Source of the DNA: Girardia tigrina
Lineage: Eukaryota
DNA length: 64,000 nucleotides
Reading direction: 5' to 3'
Assembly: GCA_001938485.1 (NCBI GenBank)
Contig: MQRK01167730.1
Location: 4,723 to 68,722 of the forward strand
Under the pieces are notes generated by a model, which saw nothing but the letters and a program-made list of their open reading frames with translations, was not told where the DNA came from and did not search any database. The number at the start of each line of letters is the position of its first letter. Positions within the stretch are counted from its first letter, which is position 1. A program made the translations under genes and the position numbers. This document shows positions 26,561 through 39,950 of the stretch, one piece after another.

Positions 26561-27917
26561 TGATGTATAGAGCAAACATCGATCTTCCTCCAAAGTTCAA
26601 AGGTACCTAATGTTACGAGATGTTCCCTTTTCGGGATGACTTCAACGCGACATATCTCATTGAACCTATTGTAGATGCTGTGTAAGTTATTGACCCTCAT
26701 CTTGACAATTGACGCAATCTCTTTTAATTTTTTTGCTTCTTAAAAGAAGTTTATGCATAAAGATGAAAGTTTGTTTTTCTGTTTGCACATCAATAGAAAA
26801 CTGTATAACAACATGGAATTAAACTTTCTAAAGACATCCTTTATACACAGAAGCAAAACAAATTCCACATTTTTTGAAAAAAAATAATAAACTACTAAGA
26901 ACTCTGAGTGCCATATTCGACAAACTATATTGCATTATTTTCAAACTGTTGAAAAAGTACTTTTTTATAATTTTATGATACAACGGAATAAAATAAAATT
27001 GGACCAATTAGCTAAAATTAACCGATAAATAAGCTGATTGCTTACTAAAGAAATTTAATTATATTAGAGCTTATTCCGCTATAGAAAATAACTGGAAAAT
27101 TGTAATTTATATTTAAGGTGAACAACTAAGCTATTGAATATTACAATAGTGTCCAATATACGATTTGGTGGATGAAGATTGAAATTTTATTTTACAAAAA
27201 TATTTAACAAATTTAAAAATATTATTTTAAAATAATAAAAATACATATTAGATATTATTTTATTCTTATTTTATCAATTGTTTTTACAATAATATTAGAA
27301 AAAAATTGTTTATTCAGTTTATTATTAGCTATTGGAAGTAGGCAAAGTGCATTTAGAAAATCTGATGCAACTTATTTAAACTGTACGTTTAAATTATACG
27401 CGACGGTAGAAACTAGATCTAACGTGCTAATGATAATAAATGAGTTTCCAGATGCTCTTTGGTTAACTTCACCGCAACTCTCTTTATAATTTGAAATACT
27501 GTAATCACATTGGCCTGTATTGAAGACAAAGTTTGATATTTGGAAGAGTCTATACTGAATTATCCTCTTAGTACCGTCTTAAAACGTCTAGCAAACAGAT
27601 AAACAGGCAATGTTTCTGAATTTAAGTTAAATTCCGATTTATATTGATGTATATATTCGAAATTTGAATTTAACATTTCTATATATTGTATTGTTATCGT
27701 TATTTATATTCCGTTTCAAATTTATTTATTTTGAATGACAATCACTGATCTTTATTGCCTTTTGCTTTGCATTTTCATTCAATATGTTAAAGAAATTAAT
27801 TAAAAACAGAAATAATACGGTTTATCGATCTAGTTTCCATTACTTGCCATCATTTTTTTCAATCATTGAAACCAATTTTCCAAATGATGTAATTTTAATT
27901 AAAAAAATCAATAACAG

Positions 27918-28700
27918 TTAATAGCAAAAACACGACATTTGTTAAATAAGCATTTATTTTTGCGACAATTAATTTCGACGGTATCGTCAGTTCTTAATAA
28001 AAAATGAGTTTTAAATCTGCTTATATAGGCAAGCAGTGTTTATGTCATCAATGGATTTTTATGTCATCTAAACACTCTCAAGAGGATTTTAAGCATTCCA
28101 TATTCCGAAGGATTTGGTCAATTTAAATGTTCAATTTTAAAATGTGTAAATAATGCATTTAATTTAAAAATAATATTACAAACATATAAAATCCAAAATG
28201 TATTTTGTAATAAATCTCCAACCTCATTTGGATTGTGTTCAAATCTCGTACATAAATTTACATGTAATGGGTGTAATGCCACATACATTGGAGAAACGTC
28301 ACGCCATCTCTGTAGGAGAATCGAGGAACATGGTCGGAATGTAGGTGTGAGTAATTTTGCAGAACACAGAAATGGTTGTAATTCTAACGAAAATATGATC
28401 ATAAAGGATTTTAAAGTTCTGTGTAATCATTTAATAACTATTAGTAGGATGATGGCCTGTAAAGCATTTTATATCACATCTTTAGATTCTAAGATTAATG
28501 TGCAAATTGGTCTCTGGACAATCCTGTTGAGCGCATTTAGATGACACAACAATCCATTGATGACATAATCACTGCTTGCCTATATAAGCAGATTTAAAAC
28601 TCATTTTTTTTGAAAACTGACAATGACGGTTATACCGTCGAAATTAATTGTCGTTAAAAATAAATGTTTCTATAACAAATGGCGTGTTTTTTTGTTTTAA
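27918..28700 (+). mobile_element. PLE family C unit: ~170-bp inverted pLTRs flanking a linker + GIY-YIG fragment
   Basis: Arms ~27918-28088 and ~28520-28700; open frame IPYSEGFG...NLVHKFTCNGCNATYIGETSRHLCRRIEEH...DSKINVQ; hammerhead remnants at 28617-28652 (+) and ~27965-27992 (-). Confidence 0.92.
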
Positions 28701-28879
28701 AACATAATTTTTCATTATTTTTTAATTTTTTGAAAAATTAATAACATCAATAAATTTTATAAAATCAAATTTGTTTTAAAACTTTGTTTTTTAAAATTGT
28801 TTTTTAAAAATTGTTTTAAAGTTATAATTGAAGAAACTACAAAATTTCTCAAAAGACAGAGAGAAATTTTCAATTAAAA

Positions 28880-29560
28880 TTAGGCAAGGCCATTCAATTA
28901 AAGCCATTTCTGATGCTTTGACGCTAAATTACTTGGCAGTTTAAGATATTATTAAAAATTTGAGAAAAGCAGTGAAAAAACTTCAAAGAAAAGGGTTGTT
29001 ATGGAAGATCTAAACTTGATGATAATCAAAAGCATCAAGTGAGAGCATGAGTTGATGAAAATTACCTTCTTAACCTAAAAGAATTGAGTGGTAAGGTCGT
29101 GGATTTATTTTTGATTTAGTGAGTCTCAAAGCATCATTACATCTTTAAACAGATCACAATAACTCCTTCCCCAAGAAACAATGATGGTGCCATTGAAAAA
29201 AGATATCAGTATTCTCAGATGTTCAGTAAGTATGAGATAACTCATATTATTAACAAGTTAATTTTTATAAATGAAGTTGAGTTTGAAATGTCTTCACGGC
29301 CCAAAAGAGGAAGGTTCCTTGTAGGCACTTCTGCTTATGTAGACGTTTTTGCAGCAAGAACTAAAAAAATTATGTTCTTGCAGCCATGCATACAAATACA
29401 ATGTTTTTATAATAAAATTCATGATAAGGCATTAAATGGTGAAGATTTTAAGGCCGTGCATGTTGAACTGAAAAATGTTTGTCGACAAAAGAGCATTGAA
29501 AAGCAAGTGCTTATTATGGATAATGTCTGTTTGCGAAGATTTGTTACCCATTAGGCAGGG
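28880..29560 (+). mobile_element. IS630/Tc1-like DDE transposase remnant
   Basis: VRA*VDENYLLTLKEL; LIFINEVEF...KRGR..VG; ALNGEDF; VLIMDNV. Confidence 0.75.
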
Positions 29561-30484
29561 ACTGATCGAAATTGGTATATTGAATCAAGAAATCAAAATT
29601 ATTTAACCTAATAGTATCAAAGCATTATCATCTCGAACACGAAAATTTCAGCGTTCTAACAGGACGTTTTTTAATCCGATCTTTTACTAGATAAAACAAT
29701 GTCTTTGTCTTTTCAAAAATCATTGGAGAAAATTTATGAATGATTAATTGTCACATTTAAAATCAACGATAAATTTTTTAAATTATCAACGGAATTAAAT
29801 TTAAAACAAAAAAATTAGAATTACAACAGAAAATGAATTGATAAATTCACTCCAGAAAATACTGTCAATGATAATTTGATATTCGTTTAAACCGTTCGAT
29901 ATTTTTATTCAAATTAACGTTAATGAGTTAATGAATTTTGAATTTGAATATAACGAAAATCAAATTCAATCAAACTAAACTTGAATTGATATTCTTGACA
30001 AATAATTTACTTTCAGTGTTAATATAATATAGTTTTCATATGTAAAAAGGAGAAAAAATAAATAAATGTAAAAACGGAAATTGTTGTCAAAGCCAATTTA
30101 AAAAAAATAATAAAATACCACATCATGGCAAAAAATAATGTTTGTTTGGTGATTGATGTGACTATTTCTGATTGGCCAGTTTGAATTTGTTTTCTTAATT
30201 TTTTTTATGAATTTTTGATCATTTTGATCGATTTATCCTTTTTTGTTTATTCGAATCAATGGAATTTTTGTTTTGTAGAGGGAATTTTTAAAAAGGTGTT
30301 CGAAATAATGTGAATTTTTTTTGGAAAGTTTGTGTTAAAAATTTGTTGACAAAATTAAAAAAAATTTTTTTGGTCAAGTGCCGTTTGTTTTTGAATCATT
30401 AAAATAAAATCAATATAATTGTAATAATTAAAAATTTTCAAATCATTGCTTACACATATTTTCGGTTTTTAAAATTTATTCGTA

Positions 30485-30762
30485 CGATAACTTCAATCAA
30501 AGTGTCATCGCCTACATCAAGAACCAGTGTCTCGTGCGCGCCACCGTCGGCATCCTCATCACCACCATCGTCAGCAACGGTAAGCTAGAGACGTGGCCCG
30601 AGCTTATCCAGCGACTCATCATGTGTTTCAAGTCCAATAGCGACAATCTGTGCGAGGGCGCTCTCGGAGTGCTCCAGAAGATCTGCGTGGATTCCAGTGA
30701 CCAGCGGGATAATTCGGCACTCAGACTACCCATCAAAGATCTGGTGCACGAGTTATCGTACG
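30485..30762 (+). pseudogene. TNPO1: Transportin-1 (karyopherin beta-2) HEAT-repeat fragment
   Basis: [32 protein letters not shown]...CEGALGVLQKICVDS versus TNPO1 FIKSECL[NNIGDSSPL][25 protein letters not shown]...CEGAFGALQKICEDS; about 9 codons deleted; markedly GC-rich. Confidence 0.93.
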
Positions 30763-31268
30763 TTATTATTGGGTAATGGCAAAAATATTTTAATTAAAAA
30801 TTTTAAGTATTGAAATAATCTTACTTTGCCCATTCTGAATATTAATTGATGGGTTGAAGTGTCTTATTAGTAGAGATTCACAAAACTGTCGTTTTCTAAT
30901 GTGAATCAAATCCCTTTGGTAGAACAGAAAACTCATCTTTTGAAATGGATGAGGTTCTATCCTTACAACATAACCAATGATCAAGGACCTTACTCGATTG
31001 AATTAACATTTAGAATGGCCAAAGTAAGGTTATTTCATTACTTAAAATTTTTAATTAAAATATTTTTACCATTATTATCCAATAATACTTTAACTAATAA
31101 TAATATTTAATTTTCACTATACCATTTAATGTTAATATATTTATTAATATTGTATTTTTAAAATAATTCAATATTCATATATTAAATATCCGAAAATTGC
31201 TGATGATGATGTATGCAAACATCGAAAAATGTTCAAAAATTATAAAAGCTTTAATCAAATTATATTTT
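30763..31268. mobile_element. PLE family B composite: minus-strand GIY-YIG tail (30763-30945), filler, plus-strand 3' end/pLTR (~31000-31268)
   Basis: RQFCESLLIRHFNPSINIQ...LKIFN on the minus strand; the plus part is colinear with 2170-2448. Confidence 0.88.
31197..31236 (+). ncRNA. Minimal hammerhead ribozyme (PLE family B), core intact
   Basis: UUG-CUGAUGA-U-GAUGU(AUGCAA)ACAUC-GAAA-AAUG-UU-CAA; stem III loop has lost the palindrome (inferred ancestral CAUG). Confidence 0.8.
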
Positions 31269-31394
31269 CAAAATATTAAACTTGCGTTCACAAGACACTT
31301 CTACTTGTCCTGAATTGCTGACAAATAAATTATCATTTCACGTGAAATCGTTAATATTATAAAAATTAAATAATACTAATTTTTATTGTATTTT

Positions 31395-31500
31395 TTGTTA
31401 ATTAAAATTTTTTAATGTTAAAAACTTTTATGTCCAAGTACAGTTCTGTCTGCGTAAAGAATTGATATAAAAAATTTAATTTTTTGATATACTACTTATA
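31395..31500 (+). repeat. Dispersed repeat shared with ~46835-46938
   Basis: Shared AGTTCTGTCTGC(G/A)TAAAGAAT(T/G)GATATAAAAAAT..AATTTTTTGAT. Confidence 0.7.
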
Positions 31501-31978
31501 ATTTTGATAATGATGCAAGAAAACAGTGACATTATATTTTCAAAAGTGCTATAATTAATTTATTTTTCAAGATATATATAAATATTTATGTATATTTAAG
31601 TTATAAAAAAATAAAATATTTTCTATCAAAAATTAAAACTTTTTCCTATGAATTATTTTTTAAATTTTGTTTCATCATTATTTTTTTGTTTTATCTGGAT
31701 AATTAATTTATTTTCTCACGAAAATTTTTTGTTTTATGTCAATGAATTAAATTGTTTCATGAATGAAGCACAAAAGTCATAATACAATTACAAATTAATT
31801 AGTTCAGAAATCTGATTTTCAATAATTCTTGAAGCAACTATTTCTGAATTTTTATTTTGTTAACATGTCATGGACCCCTTCAACCTTCTTCATTCCTTTC
31901 AATATTGACATACAAATATTAAACATAGAAATAAGATTTTGTTTGTGCAAGTTTTAATAAATGTCTTAGATTTTATTC

Positions 31979-32018
<40 letters not shown>

Positions 32019-32299
32019 TTTACTTGGGATGTAATTTATTTTGCTTTATTATTATTTGTTTTTTTATTAATTTATTTAATTTTTAAATATAAAATGGTAA
32101 CAAAAGTTTTAAAAATAATATTATTATTATTGACATCACAATTTGCATGTAAACATTTATTAATAACACAGACTCATTGACTGTTGCACAATTTGTGGGA
32201 AGCATCGTTCTTGATTAATATGTTTTTTGTAAATGTATTCAAATCTTTAAATTAATTAATGAGATAAGAATAATATTAACCTTTAAAATCGTTTACTAA

Positions 32300-32372
32300 A
32301 AATATTATTAATAATTATTATTAATATTATTATTATTATTAATATTATTAATATTATTATTATTATTAATTA
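32300..32372. repeat. (TAT/ATT)n low-complexity repeat
   Basis: Direct. Confidence 0.9.
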
Positions 32373-34014
32373 TAAAACTTTTAATTATGTTTTTTAAACA
32401 TTAATATCATTAAATTAATTTCATTAGATTTAAATAATTAATCAATATCATAGCAATCCCTCTGAGTAGGAGAGTCACCAATGCTGTTTACAGCATATAA
32501 ACAACAAACTTACAATATTCCGAATTGTCCCTCACAATTATAGTTCAATTTTATTATTTAATAGTAAAATTTATTTTACTTATTTTATTTAAAGACATTT
32601 AACATTGAGATTGCTTTACTTTCCCATATTTGGATGCTAATCAATGTGCTATAGTGTATTATTAGCAATGATTCACAATACAATTTATTTTAATATGACT
32701 CAAAATTCTACCGAAGAATAGAAAATTTATATTTTAAAATTGATTACGTTTTGCCTTTGCAGTATTTGCAGTGAGAAAGAACCTTACTCGATCGACTCGA
32801 CTGAGAGTGTTCACTAATCTGTGTTTTGAAATGACGTTTTATCTCTCTAATTTACAACTTCTTAGACCAGCGACAATTCAATTTGTACAAAAGATTAGCT
32901 CACACTAAATTGTCAGTTTCGCTTTCACTAGAAGGCAACTTTTTACTTTGGATATTACGGATGCTATCTTAACATTGTCCATATTTTAATACATGTTATT
33001 CTTAAATCTTCTAAAACATTCTGAATTAGGAATTTTTATAATTTTAACGCATTATCATTTATCCTCTTCCTAGGTTTTTTCAGCGTGGATTCTATATAGC
33101 ATCAATTTAATATTTTTTATATTTGTTTATTCTAGTTCATTTTACTATGTAAACGTTTCCCAGGAATTTCAAGTCCATCCATTGCACTTCCTAAAATTGT
33201 GAAAAGATTCAATATTCTATGAATTAAACCATGCAAATCATGTAAGGGTTAAAAATCACTGAAAATTCATTTCGTTTTACAATATAGTTAAAAAAATAAA
33301 AATATATTAATAAAATGAAAAAAATAAAATCTAACTATTCAAGTAATAGGAAGTCGTCATTGTCAAAAGAAGTGTAAATGAATGCAAAACACTATTTAAA
33401 CAATCAAAATAAAAGTATATGTTGATAGAACAAATAAGAATTGAAAAGAGTTGTCAAATTTAAAATTTTTAATAAAATTATTTGATAAAAATAACGTTTT
33501 TAATAATTGGAAATGAATTCATAAGAAAAAGTTAATAATTACATGGTTTCAAATTTTAAAATAAATAATTTGGCCCCCCAATCGAGCATTCCATGGGGCT
33601 TGGATGTGTTTTATTAAGTTTTTGTCACTGAAATTTAAAAGTAGTCTTCTGTAAAAAAAATTCATTAAATAAAATTAAATTTTGACAAATTATTGTCTAT
33701 AGAGACGAGAATAATTTTGGGTAGGTGTTTTCTGATTTATATTTTTTAAATATTTAATAATTATTTTATAAAGGCTGTAATTAAAATTGATTAATGAACA
33801 GAAAAGAATATTTAGTTACCATTTGCTGAATTGCTTAGAATATTTTAAATGTGTATTTATAAAATGATTGGTGATGTTAAAATGGTTTCAGTAGTATTCA
33901 AAGTGCAAAGTGAAATAAATCAAAAAATTGAAGATGCAATTCCTCATTTCAAGGCCCGGTAAGTAAGTCTTTTAGTTTTAGTAAGCATTCACAAAGGATG
34001 TATTATATGAACAC

Positions 34015-35075
34015 TAGGGTGATCCTTATTTTTGAAATTTTCAACCTCGCACCCTTTTAAAAGTTACTCCCTTACTAGAAACTAAAAAATAAAAAATATT
34101 TTTCCAATTTATAAATATATAAGGTATGCTCATTTCAACTGAAGTTTGACTATAATTCGCAATTTGTGTAATTTTCAGGTGATTTTCTTCTACTGAAACG
34201 AATATATCTTGAGATGCCCATGTCTCACCAAGACGGATCTAATGTCATAAAACACAGTGCAGCAACCGCTTTTCACAATAAATATCGGATTGAAGTAGTT
34301 TGAGACGTGCAAGTCTTGTTTTGAGATGTGAACTCTGGAGTTTTGTAAAAATAAATAGTTAACATATTTGCAAGTATTTCGAAAAGTGTCACTATACAAT
34401 ATTTGCATAAAATAGAAATGTGAACAAGCCAAAGAAAATATTTTATTAATTAAAAAAGCATCAACGGTTAAGGTGGTGCAAGGGCTTAAAGAAATGTAGA
34501 CTTCTTACTGTCAAGATAGTATTTCCGATGCTCACTGACAACTTGCAGAATAAATTGTGCCTGCCCCTCATTTTTTGTTAGCAGAGTACTGAACTCTTGC
34601 ATAAATGCATTCCCTTGTTCTTCTGTGTCCTTTACAACACGAAGCTCTCTGACAGCATTCTTAGCTAGTAGGTAATCTGGATTTGTATGCCAAGTGTCAG
34701 GATCAGTTTCCAAGAAGGAATACGGAAGAGACAGGATCCTGAAAAAATTCCCTGTATTCTTAGAAACAAAATATGAAGTCTTTTCTCAGTTATCTTCGAC
34801 GGTTCCACAGAGATACGTTTAGGAGGATACTCTTCTCCTTCATGTTTAAGTGCTTCAATCATGGCTCTTTTCTCAAATTCATCCACATTTCTATCAAAGA
34901 AAGCTAATGCCACCAACTCATCATTTAAATACCACTGCTGACCACACATCTTTCTTAACGCACCCTTTGCTGATGGTGAATCAATTGTACTAGCCCGCTG
35001 TGGATAATCGAGAGAGGAACCAAGACTTGATGTATATCTTGAGACCAAACACACAAGTTCTTCTGATGCCAAGGA
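34015..35075 (-). mobile_element. hAT-related (hATm-like) transposon 3' portion
   Basis: WYLNDELVALAFFD...LRVVKDTEEQG...LTKNEGQAQFILQVVSEHRK (family consensus HLWYLSEELV.LAFFD, LRVVNDTAERG); terminus TAGGGTGATCC at 34015. Confidence 0.7.
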
Positions 35076-36814
35076 TGAGTCTTCTATTCTACAAAAATTT
35101 TTTATTCCAGATTATGAGCTGCAGTTCTTGGAATTAGTATTAATGAGTCACTACAACCTATTAATTAACATCCCAAATAAGCATTAATAAAGTCTACTCA
35201 CTACTTTAAATTTTTAATTAATTAAATAAATAAATAATTTGCTCTTAAGGTTCACCAATATTTCAATGACGTATAATAAATTATTTTAATGTTATCGGTT
35301 TTGGTTTTTTTCATCTTGTATTTAAATATTGTGTTCTTGATAATGATTAAACAAGGGACATCGAAAAATTTACAATCACTATTCTTAAAACGAGCTTTAG
35401 GTCAATCATTTTGTGCCTACATAAGATATACAAATGGCATTTCTAAAAAGTATTTGAAATTGTTTTGTTATCGATAGTGAAAGTTTTTATTTTATATATT
35501 TATATGCCTTGACAATGAAAACCTACAACTATAAATTTAAATTTGTATTTCAATTTTTGCTGTCTCACATATACGTGTATTATTACTACGTGTACGTATA
35601 ACTACTTCAACAAAATTGTATATTGTAATTATTTCCTCTTTCTTATTCGTAAACTAAATGCTAACAGTAAGTAATTCTTTAAGCAGTGAATGCATTTTAT
35701 TTTATATTTTTGTGAGAAATTAATTCTTGTTTTTACTTTCTAAATGTAATTATTACCATCATTCTTTTAGTCTTTTTTTCCAATGAAATCGAAAGCTTTT
35801 TACATTTGTCCTAGAACTGATGATAAAGACAAATTTAATAATTTACAACCAAGAGTAAAATAAATCTCCAGAGGTTTTCAGAGTCAGAGATGTAGTTTAT
35901 TTTTATTTAATCTTATCTTTTAAGGCTCTAGTTTTAGGTTTGAAACTAATTTCTTCTTTATGAATGTTATAACAATATATAATGAAGTTAATAAATAATG
36001 TCAAATATAAATAAAACATTAGGCTTTTCCATTATAATACTTATCTTAAAATACTTTCTGTGCGCGATTTCTCTTTTCTGTTTCTTTTACTGAAAGGATT
36101 TAGAATATAAATTGGACAAAAAAATAGTATCGGAATTAACAGTTATAAAATGATTCAATTATGAATTCCATCCCTGTAAAAACTACCTGTTATCGAGGGT
36201 CTTCTGATGGCTAGGAGAAGATACCATGAAATATGAAAATATAGATACATATAAGTTATAGCGTTTTAATATAGCGTTCATATAATATAGATTTTATGTT
36301 TCATTGCATAAAGTATCATGATGCTTGTAAGACTTCCTCTTAAATTTTAAAGAAAAAACTAGAATTTTACATATTTTTTTAACGTAATTTTAATGATAAA
36401 AGATGTTAAATAAGTCGAACTTTATGGTATAATATAATTGCAAAACAAATAATGGTCGTTTCATGTTGAAACATTACAAGATATCATTAAGAAGCTAGCT
36501 ACTGTTTTATTCTTGAGTTAACTCGATGTCGTCAAAGAAGGTCCTTAATTAAAAGTAGATTTCAACTCTTCCTTAAACGATTCTCGACATTAATATCAAC
36601 AATAATATTATTTATAACCAGGAATCCAAACTCTCGGTCTACATATGTAGAATCTATAAGTACAAATTACAAAGAGAATCTCTAATTTATGCAGAAAGAT
36701 TGTATTTTGATATTTATTTTTATTTATTATTTATATTTAATTATCAAAATATAGTAGGTTTAATTACTAAATGAAAAAATAATTAATTACATATCATTAT
36801 TTTTAAAATGTTTT

Positions 36815-37027
36815 TTACTGAAAACCTTTTAGAGAAATGAGAGCGTTAACCGTGTTCCAATTTTTGGTGACAAACAGCGCAGCAGTTGAAAGTACTCGTT
36901 CATATTCTAACGATGTTGCCTCAATAGAACCAAGACCCTCTAGCAGCATTTTGAAATTTTTCGTTAGTTTTCTACTGGCGTCAAATAAATTAAGTTCTTT
37001 TAAAATTGTCATATTCTGTATCTCCAT
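36815..37027 (-). mobile_element. hAT transposase C-terminal dimerisation remnant
   Basis: SIEATSLEYERVLSTAALFVTK, similar to hAT IP.TS...ER.FS.AG. Confidence 0.75.
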
Positions 37028-37221
37028 TATATATAATTATAGTGTTATTTTTCATTGAAAATACCATTTATTTTTTTATGAATTTATATCTGATTTAAAA
37101 TGTTATTTTAAAATGTTTTTTTAATTTTGTGACATCTATTTAACCCATTACTGAATATTTTTTTTAATAAAATATAATATAGGAAAAAACTAAAGAGATA
37201 TATATTTTTTTATTTTTTAAA

Positions 37222-37636
37222 TATTAACAACATCAATATGAGTTTTACAACATTTATTAATATCACAAGTGTATTCGCTATTTGACATTTTTCTTGATCG
37301 ATATATTTCTGATTTCAAACTAATTATTTTAATAAATGAAAATCTTTTAATAAAAATTATTAATTATAAGGAATCTAATTCGTTGAAATTAAATCTAAAC
37401 ATTTTTTTAAAAAAAGAACATATTAAATTAATATATTAAAATTTTAAATTACATTAAAAAATAAATAATACATTCAAAAATTATTTTAAATCTTTTTACT
37501 TTAAAATTAAATTAAATTATTTTTAATTAATAAGAATTAAAGAAAATACCAATCCTCCATCTGTGTAGGAGAGGCACAATCCGAATCAACATACAACATG
37601 CACAATATCAACACACAATTCAAAACATTCCTCACA
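37222..37636. mobile_element. Solo LTR with 5-bp TSD
   Basis: TATTAACA...TTCCTCACA flanked by TTAAA (37217-37221 / 37637-37641). Confidence 0.88.
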
Positions 37637-38659
37637 TTAAAGAAATGACTTTTTTTTCATGTAGAATATTCAAACATATATGGTTCATATATGACGAGCT
37701 ATGTGGTCAGAGTAATAAACTTATGAGCAATTATTTTTGGTCATATGTGATCCACTTTGCGGTAAGGGGTTAATATATATTTGACATATGTGTAGAAAAA
37801 GAAAACATGAATTTCGAGGGCTTCTTTATTTTTAAATGTTTTATAATAAAACAGCTACTTATATAATTGTTTTCCATCTATATAAAGATAAATAAAAATG
37901 ATAAAAAATATTCCGAAGAAAACTGGAACGTAAAATGCCTGGAGAGAAACCCTGGTTTATGAAAAACTTTATCCAAGAAGTTTCAAAAATAATAATTAAA
38001 ATAATAAATTTTTACAACATCTCATTTGGCAATGATCCAACGAACAACTTTGCCTAACATTTTCTCTATTCTTAAATAATTTATTTAGACAAAATGCATA
38101 ATGAACTCAATTATTACAAACCTAAATTAAGTTTATTTATTGGAACGACAATGTATTAATACAATCAAAACGAAAGAGATTTAGAGCAAATGAAAGAAAT
38201 CAAATTCGATTACTGAAAAAAAATATTTTTGTGAATGTTCCGAAGAAATTAAAACATAAATTTTTTTGTTTTAATTTAACATAAAAATTTTTAAATTTTA
38301 CCTTTATATTAATGTAATTTAAGTGCTTAGAAAAATGATTTCTTGATAATTTTAATCTTTAGTTTTTTTTACTTTTTGTTAGGTATATTAAGTCAATTTT
38401 CTTTTTATTCGGTCAATCAATTCAATTTTTATATTTTAGGTTATTTTTTGGGGGGTCTTTTAAGTCAATTTTAATTTGATAAAGTGAATTAGAAAAGTTG
38501 TAAAAATGAAAAATTTGAATTAAATTAAATAAAAATAGTTTTATTGATCAGAAAAAAATTTTAAAATTAAAAAAAATAAAAATATATTTGTTTGTTTATT
38601 TTAACTGAAATCAAAAAAAGCCGAAAGTAGCAAGATCAAAATTTGAAAAAAATTGACAT

Positions 38660-39950
38660 TTATATGACGAAATATCCAATGGAATTCGTTGCCTCTCCGT
38701 CTGGGAATCTTTTCTGTTAATTGTGCAATGTAGCAGTAAACTGCAAAAACGATTTCAATGTTAATGCGCATCGGGAATCGCTAAGGCACTCGAATAAAAT
38801 TCCTCAAGAGAACCAGAAGTAGCAGTTCATCGTCGTTGACAAAAATTCTTTTTCCCATAAACTGGTCAAAGCATTTTTGAAAGCAGATATTCCACTTTCT
38901 AAATTACTAAACGATACTATCAAAGACTTATTTCTGGAATTGAGACATCAAATCCCTTCAGAAAGTTTTTTCGTTTCAAGGTGGCCAATATCAGTTTCAA
39001 TATTTTGGAAAAAAAATAAAAGCAAATATCTTCAACCAAAAAGTGATCCTTATTGCTGATGAAGCGGAAATCCGAGGCGAAAATTTTTTTGTAACACAGC
39101 TTTCATTGTTGAAAGGCCCATCTAAAATTTATACTATCGGTAGCGAATATGTGAAATGTAGTTTGAAAACTTCTGACGTGGCCGAAACACTAAGAGAAAA
39201 TTTAACCGTTTTTTGAAGTGATGCTGCTCCTTAAATGTGTTTGGTCGGTAAAATTGGAAGAGTATGTATTCAGAAATGGTCCATATCAGATGCTTCTCCC
39301 ACCTATTGCCCAATTGTTGTATGAAAATTAGCTTAAAATTCGAAGAAGTTCCTTTTTTGATATCCTCTCTGCGAATGGCACTTTTGAAAAACATTGAACG
39401 TTCAGATAAATTTAAGGACATTGGGAAGCCACCATATGTTATTGTTACTGGCGGGGTATATTGATGAGTGCAGTTCAATATTATTCAAAGCTTTTGTCTG
39501 AAATTCGTGAAAATGTCAAGAATTTCCAAGAAAATGGAAAAATTGCACAAAATGTCAAAAAATTCGTTTCAGTTGATAATTCGACATTTCAATTGGCCCA
39601 AATCATTCTAGAATATGATTGCATTGTTCATTTATTAAACGAAAGCGAAAATACAAACTTTTTTATTTACAAAAGGGGCTTGAAATTAAAAAATATCGAT
39701 TTTGAAGAAGATCCTGCTAAAATCAAGTAATACATTATCAAAAGATTGTCTAAAAATGACATTTTTGTCGTTGTGGAGAGAGCCAAATCAACAAATATCT
39801 TTTGAAATGTATGTGTTTTTAATGAAAGCGCCATGCTCAAGCACTTCTGTTGAGAGAAATTTGCTAGATTCAAAAATCTTCTCTGAAAAGGCCGTATTTT
39901 TGACTTTGAAAATGTTAAAAATTACTTTTTTGTTTAATAAACGATTTTTA
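38660..39950 (+). mobile_element. hAT-like (CGGBP1-related) transposase pseudogene
   Basis: BED-like finger LFC*LCNVAVNC..FNVNAHRESLRH; ADIPLSKL; IADE; SDAAP; HIRCFSHLL..C; PPYVIVT; APCSSTSVER. Confidence 0.85.

Noticed and set aside
37667-37773. piggyBac-like terminus (...AAGGGG-TTAA), also ~33240
   Set aside because: No matching opposite end or transposase found; too short to support
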